Shown in pieces: positions 61,101-64,000 of a DNA stretch of 64,000 bases; position 1 is the first letter of the stretch; each line of letters starts with the position of its first letter. Both the position numbers and the translations under genes were made by a program. The stretch spans positions 242,422-306,421 of the forward strand of contig NMRA01000365.1 of the NCBI GenBank assembly GCA_002633005.1, in the 5' to 3' direction. The notes below the pieces were generated by a model. It saw only the letters and a program-made list of their open reading frames with translations, made no database searches and was not told where the DNA came from. Source of the stretch: Phoronis australis. Taxonomy: Eukaryota; Animalia; Phoronida.

Positions 61101-63396
61101 GCAGCCATACGCGGACACACAGCCATACGCGGACACACAGCCCAATGCGATCACACAGTCCTATGCGGCCACAGCCCTATACAACCACACAGCCATATGC
61201 ATCCACATAGCCATATGCCGCCACACGTGACAAGTTAAGAAAAATGGCAACAATGATGCAGTGTAAGCCAAATAATCGCAGAGCTGTGGCATGTCTGCAA
61301 CTAATTAGTAGCAGAAAAACAAGTCACCGCATGCCCTGATATTTGTGGCGATCTTCTTGCCAACAAACAAGGCACCAGATACTCATACATGGCCATAGAA
61401 ATACATTGCAGGGTTAGAGGAACTGTCACCTTGACTTATTAATTTACACCCAAAAAGTTTGCAGAGAGCTCAGGGACACAATGACAATGTATTGTCGAAT
61501 GAATCCTTGTTAAAATTATAGTGCAATTTGCTGCTTTCCTTCCGGAATTTTCTTATCCACGAAAAAAAAAATTAGCACTCCACCGACACACTTTCATTCC
61601 CTTTGCTTGTTTGTTGATAACTAAAAGGTTGTAAACATGGAGCAGTAATTTACTAATGTTTCAATGTTTATAATGAATAGTTCGCTTCCGGACATTTTCT
61701 TACCAGCCAGTACTCTGCATTTCAAGTATGGTTTTGGGCTCAGCAACTCGTTCAACTTTGACATCAAACTTGGCTTTCCCCAAGAGTTCAATGGCCTTGA
61801 CATCATTAAGCTGAATAGCCAATGACATTGGATTCAATGTGTAGTTTGCAGGTGACCACAGCTGATCCAGCTGAAAAGTAAGATGGCCAATAAACAAATA
61901 GCGACCATTTCAAATAAATACACAATACAAAACCTCCCCATTATATGCATGAATGTACAAAATATGCTTGCCTGCAAACAAGATGTATTCTTGTGTACTG
62001 AGATCAATACAGCAAGCACATGGAGTGCAAGACTGGGTGAGAGAAACCTCACAACATTGATTTGTTTCAAAGTACTGCCAACAATTTAACCCCTAAATCA
62101 AGTAATTTTATTTATTTGATTCTTGTTAATACCTGTCATTCCAGTTGTGTTCACAGCGACAGTGCTTTGACTCTTAACTAGGTTCTGTGAGAGGTTATGA
62201 TTTTGAGATAATAGTTCCCCAGGTAGTCTGACAGTAAGTTTATCAAAAACTTGAAAAATCATCTAGTAGAAAATTAACCAGGTTTCAAATGATTTTGGTA
62301 ATTTTAAAATAATAACCAATTTTCAACCCAATTTTCCTCTGAATTTCACTCCAACATTGACGAAGCTTGACAAGTTTTGACAAAAGGCGTCTGCACCAAC
62401 TTTTTTGAAAAACACTTATAGCGCATTAGAATTTAAAACATTCATACTATGACAAGACCACCTGAAGCAAAGCTTAGTATTTACAGCATACCGTAGCCAC
62501 GTGGTCCGTATCTTTAATCAGAGTCTGCAACAGCTTGTAGTCCTTGTTGTGAATGGCTCTGAACAACAGCTTGCTCTGTACTGATGTGGAAATGAAAGGT
62601 GCCTTGTCCCTGAAATGTTCCAAACTCTAATGATTTGTCCTGACAAATTTTGCAGACACAACTTCTTAAAATTGGACTCAAAATCATGGTAACACCTCTG
62701 AACAGTAATGAGCAAATTGTTAGAAGTTGGATAGATTCAGATATTTGTCAGTTGATAACTGAATACTTGTTTGGTTGTTATCTATCTCAAGTGACGTTAC
62801 TGGAGTACACATCATTACGATTCTCACAACATTGATCAATACCCAGAAAACAGGTAAACTCTCTAATGACATTATCATTCGTCCAGTTGAATTACTAAAA
62901 GTAAAAAATATAACAATCTTAACTTCTGGAACTTACTGTAAAATAGTTTTCCTCAAGTTGCGGAGCAGAAAATTTTCTCGGGACCCAATCACTTTTCAAT
63001 CCCCAATAGGAATTAGATGACTTCGCAATGTCAGAAAACTACATTAGAACAGTATGTTCCAGAAGTTACGATTCATACTTTTTCTAAGGATGACTTTTTT
63101 CCAGAAAAGCAACCCATTGACTGAAATTAGCATATGGTAGAAAATGCTTTCAATAAACTTATTATTTTACCCAAAAATACTATAACAATAGTGCTTTGAA
63201 ATGAATGGTTTGATGTCATTATTAGTAACACTCCAATGCTGACTGGATCATCTCTATCAAAATGACTTATGAGGGAGAAGAGCTTACTTTGCATCAAGAA
63301 ATGGGTTTGACTGCCACACCTTCACTCTGCTATTTGGCTGTAGTTTCTTGTTTGGATCTTTCTTTGCATCAATTTTTGTAGATTTCACAGGCTTAC
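1048..63396 (-). CDS. pme-5: Multi-exon gene, partial at both ends: ankyrin-repeat + WGR + PARP-regulatory protein, PME-5/TANK-1-type tankyrase-like poly(ADP-ribose) polymerase; 38 coding exons in window
   Basis: 38 exons with AG acceptors and GT donors (one GC) join in compatible phases into one open frame of about 1851 aa. It has many ankyrin motifs (TPVHFAA, RTALHYA, GNTALHYA, WTPLHWA, GRTPLHRA, GMTPLMYA), a WGR domain (YNFYKMQ..LFTRWGRIGDDGQ..FEKVFKQKTSNDW..PGKY) and a PARP_reg start (LPFGDIRRDDLIRAFKVLQTI). The symbol is assigned from architectural similarity to C. elegans PME-5; orthology is untested. Confidence 0.88.
1982..2103 (-). CDS. PARP gene exon 37, PARP regulatory domain (TSITSLTKA...LPFGDIRRDDLIRAFKVLQTIR)
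   Basis: ttgcag/gtaatt, phase 0 to 2; resembles the PARP_reg MPLGKLS..I..G..VL..I motif. Confidence 0.88.
2126..3436 (-). mobile_element. Helentron-associated non-autonomous element (HINE/DINE-1-like) with internal ~150-bp subrepeats
   Basis: Family structure on the minus strand: 5' subTIR ATGCGCCCAC with hairpin, GTCC-type microsatellite, tandem core, 3' subTIR GTGGGCGCAT, palindrome CAACGC-tcc-GCGTTG, terminal CTCTTGTT, T-rich flanks. This copy has single substitutions in both subTIRs and a decayed microsatellite. Confidence 0.8.
3886..4262. repeat. 25-bp minisatellite, about 15 copies
   Basis: atctgct(c/t)catatcaaccacaggtg. Confidence 0.95.
4525..4669 (-). CDS. PARP gene exon 36 (FEHQPGKYRLV...PSQLPDALQGFMKDL), end of WGR and start of PARP_reg
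   Basis: tttcag acceptor, TTG|gtgagt donor, phase 2 to 0. Confidence 0.88.
5232..5683. repeat. 32-bp minisatellite, about 14 copies
   Basis: ttaaacataccaagccttgtcctctcc(a/g)tccc. Confidence 0.95.
6200..7443 (+). mobile_element. 5'-truncated, decayed non-LTR retrotransposon (I/ingi/Nimb-like group) with post-RT region and RNase H
   Basis: ARTEYG..KLQRIQNQAMRIVTSA..TP; RNase H motifs TDGS, KAE, LTNS, YIPGHRGISFNVKADELA; in-frame stops; (ACAGAA)n 3' tail at 7421-7443. Confidence 0.85.
7445..8078 (-). mobile_element. Divergent HINE-related element, truncated next to the LINE
   Basis: ~150-bp subrepeats (gtgccaaatttcat...), gaca/gacg microsatellite, terminal hairpin tgcgaccacaaa..tttgtggttgca. 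Confidence 0.6.
8130..8908. mobile_element. Partial copy of the Harbinger-type MITE with an internal minisatellite expansion
   Basis: Aligns by eye with 38680-39257; right TIR ttttgctggaacagcc. Confidence 0.7.
8960..9130. repeat. Tandem repeat of about 52 bp, 3 copies
   Basis: tcaagcatatattttgtacactcgtaagcatggtgataa. Confidence 0.85.
9175..9344 (-). CDS. PARP gene exon 35, WGR core (IIWLKGKDLYFLFTRWGRIGDDGQ...FKQKTSNDWANYK)
   Basis: tag/gtaag, phase 0 to 2; W-G-R motif intact. Confidence 0.95.
11319..11601 (+). mobile_element. Penelope-like element 3' fragment (GIY-YIG C-terminus plus hammerhead)
   Basis: CSFNDFAIIDQAVTTKELKIREALHISWCKPNLNRQLTHHRLSLLV*; absent from the sister copy at about 34730; flanked by an imperfect ~30-bp duplication. 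Confidence 0.8.
11553..11598 (+). ncRNA. Minimal type I hammerhead ribozyme, Penelope-associated
   Basis: ACTT-CTGAGGA-T-GGTGT(ttaataaatg)ACACC-GAAAC-AT-GTC-AAGT: full catalytic core, stems I and II, palindromic stem III ACATGT. Confidence 0.75.
12039..12144 (-). CDS. PARP gene exon 34, WGR N-terminal half (EIVWDTMQTVAYDVLLTKVDVKHGFYGTYNFYKMQ)
   Basis: ttccag/gttgga, phase 2 to 0; YxxxLxKVD..NFYxMQ WGR signature. Confidence 0.92.
12375..12553 (-). CDS. PARP gene exon 33, linker (DPPTLQTPEVSDG...PDYQADANSLL...NAG)
   Basis: ttttag/gtaggg, phase 0 to 2. Confidence 0.87.
12733..12820. repeat. 30-bp tandem repeat, 3 copies
   Basis: gtgcagaagtctaattaggagtcaaacag. Confidence 0.85.
13171..13310 (-). 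mobile_element. HINE family, 3'-terminal fragment
   Basis: aacaagagcaacgcggagcgttacaatgcgcccacgaatgcac end motif, then decays. Confidence 0.7.
13372..13652 (-). CDS. PARP gene exon 32, ankyrin (DIDMNYD...GHTALHHLVSPLHYGSYDNLEIL...TDTW)
   Basis: cccag/gtgcga, phase 1 to 0. Confidence 0.88.
14165..15280 (-). mobile_element. HINE family copy
   Basis: Both termini present (aacaaaagcaacgcggag... and ...atatgtgggcggataaaa) with the same internal subrepeats. Confidence 0.8.
15559..17950 (-). mobile_element. HINE family copy, interrupted by a Harbinger-type MITE and a GC-rich insert
   Basis: Both termini present; about 11 subrepeats. Confidence 0.8.
15711..16279. mobile_element. PIF/Harbinger-type MITE
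   Basis: TIRs GGGCTGTTCCAG(T/C)AAAATCTGT..GGGAGGGGG; 3-bp TSD TTA; removing it restores the HINE sequence ttctttaatagaaagc. Confidence 0.85.
18160..18445 (-). CDS. PARP gene exon 31 with acidic tract (NNVHAVKLLL...DDESESDDEDNMDVDDEGEEEDE...TPS)
   Basis: ttccag/gtgagt, phase 0 to 1. Confidence 0.88.
18538..19010. repeat. Degenerate ~31-bp CCAAT-containing minisatellite, about 14 copies
   Basis: tacaaaccaatcaaatcccagaggctgtgac. Confidence 0.9.
19531..19825 (-). CDS. PARP gene exon 30 (ALSIAESLVKEG...GASADFADESGMTPLMYAIKL)
   Basis: cccag/gtaagt, phase 2 to 0. Confidence 0.9.
20070..20286. mobile_element. Inverted fragment (one TIR end) of the Harbinger-type MITE
   Basis: Reverse complement of about 38442-38657; begins just after a single N. 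Confidence 0.75.
20672..20768 (-). CDS. PARP gene exon 29 (RVSIKTLNEKDKYGRNALAAVFWHLDPTCYK)
   Basis: ttgtag/gtgag, phase 1 to 2. Confidence 0.87.
21236..21353 (-). CDS. PARP gene exon 28, ankyrin (VAGQLVRYNVPVDASDSCGCTPLIYACLHHNAALVNFLL); GC donor
   Basis: ttctag acceptor, TAG|gcgagt donor, phase 0 to 1. Confidence 0.85.
21580..23880 (-). mobile_element. CR1/L2-group LINE 3' end, split by a TTAA-TSD DNA element
   Basis: (ATAA)n tail at about 21580-21597; ORF2 C-terminal remnant (LPKPRDETGKK..SYSGPYLWNTLPTDVK, frameshifted) at 23735-23870. Confidence 0.65.
22127..23729. mobile_element. Kolobok-type non-autonomous DNA transposon
   Basis: 12-bp TIRs AAGGGAACTGTA/TACAGTTCCCTT flanked by TTAA on both sides; internal THAP-like start MHFCMAPACSKSSKK..YH on the minus strand. 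Confidence 0.8.
24800..24955 (-). CDS. PARP gene exon 27 (AAMRTSKFNLVLTLL...GQNLFHILAL...LVLK)
   Basis: ttccag/gtttgt, phase 0 to 0. Confidence 0.9.
25294..25555 (-). CDS. PARP gene exon 26 (CVLILMEKDANIN...WQGILYIMLD...EVVE)
   Basis: tttcag/gtaggt, phase 2 to 0. Confidence 0.9.
25690..26075 (-). mobile_element. Penelope-like element fragment (GIY-YIG C-terminus)
   Basis: GETKQSLKM..HRR..SAI..IGHDFNSDDVTILGCEEDSFRRGVKEALLERIKSPSLNKQGG (first residue is C in this copy); decayed hammerhead-like hairpin at about 25700-25725. Confidence 0.8.
28150..29620 (-). mobile_element. Decayed CR1/L2-group LINE, reverse transcriptase fragment
   Basis: WKMAVATPVFK..NYRPISVLPAVSKIL..QSGFRPLHST..VFVDLKKAFDTVDH..YADDT..IQSRAARAILG, with frameshifts. 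Confidence 0.9.
29630..30252 (-). mobile_element. Degenerate HINE-related copy
   Basis: Decayed subrepeats and the end motif gacagagatgacgac...atatgtgggagcagaaaa. Confidence 0.6.
30274..30350 (-). CDS. PARP gene exon 25, ankyrin (KGASLQAVDNDGNTPLAVAALNNQM)
   Basis: tcacag/gtgtgt, phase 0 to 2. Confidence 0.9.
30829..31000 (-). CDS. PARP gene exon 24, ankyrin (PHESG...DPIELCTTL...GRTPLHRAALVGASICCMHLLA)
   Basis: tcacag/gtaag, phase 2 to 0. Confidence 0.92.
33030..33124. repeat. 27-bp minisatellite running into the gap
   Basis: gagtagagtattgcatttggtacaggt. Confidence 0.9.
33125..33581. other. Assembly gap
   Basis: Run of N. Confidence 1.
33582..34797. mobile_element. Second long copy of the 6-bp-TSD TIR family, left end inside the gap
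   Basis: Near-identical to 10159-11700 without the Penelope insert; ends ATTCCAAGCCTTG. Confidence 0.85.
35458..35585. repeat. Tandem repeat of about 45 bp, 3 copies, overlapping the exon 23 donor
   Basis: ggtgacaaacaccagttacatctagtctgaaagtgcactaacaatg. Confidence 0.85.
35573..35786 (-). CDS. PARP gene exon 23, ankyrin (SLEAVQLLLDHNANVN...WTPLHWAI...RLPLHITFR)
   Basis: tttcag/gtatgt, phase 1 to 2. Confidence 0.93.
36136..36373. repeat. 51-bp minisatellite, about 4.5 copies
   Basis: tttaatgaatactgtaaactattagaaaacttgataagcggcattcaacta. Confidence 0.95.
36583..36692 (-). CDS. PARP gene exon 22 (EGSNYLPFLIEVLKYDDKVNVRDDYQNTALCYACNC)
   Basis: tttcag/gtgagc, phase 2 to 1. Confidence 0.88.
37289..37368 (-). 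CDS. PARP gene exon 21 (LKAGARADIPSANEDDHAAPPIILASK)
   Basis: tttcag/gtaagt, phase 0 to 2. Confidence 0.88.
37649..37821. repeat. 27-bp minisatellite, about 6 copies
   Basis: ggcaggtgattgtctgctcagcaagct. Confidence 0.95.
38442..39257. mobile_element. PIF/Harbinger-type MITE
   Basis: Same TIRs; 3-bp TSD TCA; ends 29 bp from the exon 20 donor. Confidence 0.85.
39287..39483 (-). CDS. PARP gene exon 20 (KRSAVHILSS...DIKGYTPLVLAYKNKNLSSFQLL)
   Basis: ttccag/gtacgt, phase 1 to 0. Confidence 0.88.
40346..40523 (-). CDS. PARP gene exon 19 (EDSSFTPDG...LLNADINATVGEK...YTEY)
   Basis: tgtag/gtacgt, phase 0 to 1. Confidence 0.85.
40872..40970 (-). CDS. PARP gene exon 18 (EDTKSALTKMAAMRDHVGCTPLLQACIAYKEYK)
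   Basis: tacag/gtttgt, phase 0 to 0. Confidence 0.88.
41410..41604. repeat. Tandem repeat of about 52 bp, about 3.5 copies
   Basis: acacattagactcaccacgttactccatcatggaaaatggtggcatatcaag. Confidence 0.9.
41804..41953 (-). CDS. PARP gene exon 17 (NNTDLVQLLVEKGASISE...GKTILHTM...VLVKQ)
   Basis: tgcag/gtatgt, phase 0 to 0. Confidence 0.9.
42380..42710 (+). mobile_element. Highly decayed Penelope-like fragment
   Basis: Frameshifted remnant KAIEIRWEK..LNRD*G..YDIPIIY. Confidence 0.45.
43174..43305 (-). CDS. PARP gene exon 16 (EPESIDPAKMELSFKLSSLLIDKGCD...GDSPLMCALKN)
   Basis: ttttag/gtaagt, phase 0 to 0. Confidence 0.9.
43502..45305 (-). mobile_element. HINE family copy, interrupted by a 6-bp-TSD TIR element
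   Basis: Both termini intact; CCACTAG motifs at 44511, 44657, 44800, 44960 and 45104. Confidence 0.85.
43874..44391. mobile_element. Short member of the 6-bp-TSD TIR family, inserted in a HINE
   Basis: CAGGGATTGGAAT...ATTCCAGGCCCTA; AGTCAG at 43868-43873 and 44392-44397. Confidence 0.8.
45307..45502 (-). mobile_element. tRNA-derived SINE
   Basis: A-box-like TGGCCTCGTGTG and B-box GGTTCGAGTTC; body homologous to 57183-57410. Confidence 0.7.
45658..45708 (-). CDS. PARP gene exon 15 (LHYLASNSLLRVKRHWR)
   Basis: tttcag/gtaagt, phase 0 to 0; completes the NA-LHYLA ankyrin motif. Confidence 0.85.
46370..46491 (-). CDS. PARP gene exon 14 (MTLLLLTCSSPLDAHLLDQVQYLLKKNIDVTLSDTGESNA)
   Basis: ctcag/gtatgt, phase 1 to 0. 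Confidence 0.88.
46624..49600 (-). mobile_element. HINE family copy hosting a nested HINE
   Basis: Outer termini at 46624 and about 49600; the host sequence cagt|aaaaatggccactagg is split by the nested copy. Confidence 0.82.
47563..48805 (-). mobile_element. Nested younger-subfamily HINE
   Basis: Has its own complete termini; first ~400 bp nearly identical to the copies at 51382 and 63489. Confidence 0.82.
49932..50031 (-). CDS. PARP gene exon 13, ankyrin (ITPVMAAYMKGHYGLVDLLLERPSVDINFRDEK)
   Basis: ttttag/gtatt, phase 0 to 1. Confidence 0.92.
51382..52670 (-). mobile_element. Younger-subfamily HINE spanning an assembly gap
   Basis: Matches the 47563 copy on both sides of the gap. Confidence 0.75.
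51697..52228. other. Assembly gap
   Basis: Run of N. Confidence 1.
53085..53293 (-). CDS. PARP gene exon 12, ankyrin (KLSRTALIHAIMNG...GNTALHYAVAYGW...NNWK)
   Basis: tttcag/gtaac, phase 1 to 0. Confidence 0.93.
53739..53895 (-). CDS. PARP gene exon 11, ankyrin (DCAIQLLKY...SALMYACQRDQLDIVKLLVEHGAKVEQT)
   Basis: tgcag/gtaagt, phase 0 to 1. Confidence 0.92.
54010..54143. repeat. Tandem repeat of about 44 bp, 3 copies
   Basis: aaactagtccaccacatgactgtgaccttggagtggacaactga. Confidence 0.9.
54239..54366. repeat. 20-bp minisatellite, 6 copies
   Basis: tcagctgccatgttgatctg. Confidence 0.9.
54632..54744 (-). CDS. PARP gene exon 10 (KKNSDENMLKKFGLGCINKADRSSYTPLFLAIEGGHV)
   Basis: tttaag/gtaagt, phase 1 to 0. 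Confidence 0.88.
55329..55466. repeat. Tandem duplication of about 67 bp, 2 copies
   Basis: atgtgtaagacttacccttaaataattggtcacaataaaagtctaccttcaactcagcatcacatta. Confidence 0.9.
55784..55893 (-). CDS. PARP gene exon 9, ankyrin (GVNPDHASSEGRTALHYACLAGRAKNVEVLM)
   Basis: ttccag/gtaag, phase 2 to 1. Confidence 0.92.
56075..56650. repeat. Degenerate ~92-bp tandem array derived from the exon 8 3' end and donor
   Basis: tatc(c/t)aag anchors at about 56082, 56145, 56237, 56336, 56429, 56517 and 56610. Confidence 0.85.
56609..56772 (-). CDS. PARP gene exon 8, ankyrin (VTPVHFAAINPNTKYL...RPLHYAAVCEGTGPLQYLLDK)
   Basis: ttcatag/gtaagt, phase 0 to 2; two ankyrin motifs. Confidence 0.92.
57183..57410 (+). 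mobile_element. tRNA-derived SINE, same family
   Basis: gaggaggcagtgaggcctagagtgataa..gggttccagtccc..ctcctcagctc..ttccaggagatcagtgc shared with the 45307-45502 copy. Confidence 0.65.
57903..57980 (-). CDS. PARP gene exon 7 (VLVFDKQDLRPSLREASVRKKTLSSK)
   Basis: tttcag/gttagt, phase 0 to 0. Confidence 0.85.
58276..58407 (-). CDS. PARP gene exon 6 (MSPEDTEALVVRAVEYGQRKAAG...NFLHHD)
   Basis: ttgtag/gtaag, phase 0 to 0. Confidence 0.85.
58831..59570 (-). mobile_element. Divergent HINE-related element
   Basis: aactagagcaac...atgcacccac start, subrepeats containing gcattgacatcaca..tgtcaagttt, end tatgtggccacataaaaa. Confidence 0.6.
59976..60113 (-). CDS. PARP gene exon 5 (DVSLYGPND...ENLRDT)
   Basis: tttcag/gtaag, phase 0 to 0. 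Confidence 0.82.
60459..60546 (-). CDS. PARP gene exon 4 (YNPVSLGIRVVRTIEISRGSREGNKALLK)
   Basis: tttcag/gtgag, phase 2 to 0. Confidence 0.88.
60964..61225. repeat. 18-bp minisatellite, about 14 copies
   Basis: ta(t/c)gcggccacacagcca. Confidence 0.92.
61704..61870 (-). CDS. PARP gene exon 3 (LDQLWSPANYTLNPMSLAIQLND...STG)
   Basis: tttcag/gtaag, phase 0 to 2. Confidence 0.85.
62492..62609 (-). CDS. PARP gene exon 2 (DKAPFISTSVQSKLLFRAIHNKDY...HVAT)
   Basis: tttcag/gtatgc, phase 2 to 0. Confidence 0.85.
63288..63396 (-). CDS. PARP gene, window exon 1 (KPVKSTKIDAKK...NPFLDAK)
   Basis: ttacag acceptor, gtaag donor, phase 1 to 2. Confidence 0.75.
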
Positions 63397-63488
63397 CTGT
63401 AACTAGAGATATACAGCAAAACAGTGTGGTCTGGCCAGATGTTGATACGAAGAGGTATGCTGAGCGTGGTCTGGCCAGATCTTGATAT

Positions 63489-64000
63489 AACAAGAGCAAC
63501 GCAGAGCGTTGAAATGCGCCCACAATTGCACCGTATACGGTATCCTTCTAGGGTTGTTTACTGGTACCATAAAGTGGCCAGTAGAGGGCATATATGTAGT
63601 ATGTTGTACTTAGAAAAATGGAAAGGCATGGTCATTGTCTCCTCAATAGGCTGGGGGCAAAATGTGAGTAATCTTTATACTACAAGCAGATCCTATACAC
63701 CAGTTGCTTAAAGCACCACAGAAACATAGAATTAAAAACAAATTTACCAACATACGAGATTAGCACAGCATTAGAATGCCAGAAACAAATTTCTACTGGG
63801 AACTTTTCCTTCATAGTCACGAAGTAACACAAAGTATACACCTGAAGACCTATGAAAATACAGAGGTCAATGTAAAATACTAAAATTGCCACTAGAGGCA
63901 AATACTAAAATTGCCACTAGAGGCATACCGGTAGTCAGAATCATCCTAAAGTCGTCATCGTCCGTTGTCAACATCACATACATACACTTGCTAAATTAAG
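63489..64000 (-). mobile_element. Younger-subfamily HINE running off the window edge
   Basis: Near-identical to 47563-48060, including the duplicated aaatactaaaattgccactagaggc. Confidence 0.8.

Noticed and set aside
60963-61210. AYGCVA and His-rich repeat ORFs as metal-binding peptides
   Set aside because: 18-bp minisatellite that is open in several frames by construction

Overview
AT-rich animal genomic DNA, probably from a marine invertebrate (inferred from the repeat content only). It has two scaffold gaps (33125-33581 and 51697-52228) and no prokaryotic features. The whole window lies inside one large minus-strand gene. I reconstructed 38 consecutive coding exons by hand (63396 down to 1048; 5555 nt, about 1851 codons), and every junction is phase-compatible. 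They encode a long ankyrin-repeat array, then a WGR domain, then the start of a PARP regulatory domain. This is the PME-5/TANK-1-type 'tankyrase-like' PARP architecture. The start codon and the PARP catalytic domain lie outside the window, and one intron is GC-AG. The introns are filled with mobile elements: (1) a Helentron-associated (HINE/DINE-1-like) non-autonomous family whose internal ~150-bp subrepeats each carry a CTCF-like motif, all copies in one orientation; (2) a TIR family with 6-bp TSDs; (3) PIF/Harbinger-type MITEs; (4) a Kolobok-type element; (5) CR1/L2 and RNase H-bearing LINE fragments; (6) Penelope fragments, one with an intact minimal hammerhead ribozyme; (7) tRNA-derived SINEs; (8) many minisatellites, three of them copied from the gene's own exon/donor junctions. 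I found no clearly new biological system. The best leads are the CTCF-motif-array HINE, the junction-derived arrays of decoy donors and the hammerhead. All coordinates were read by eye.
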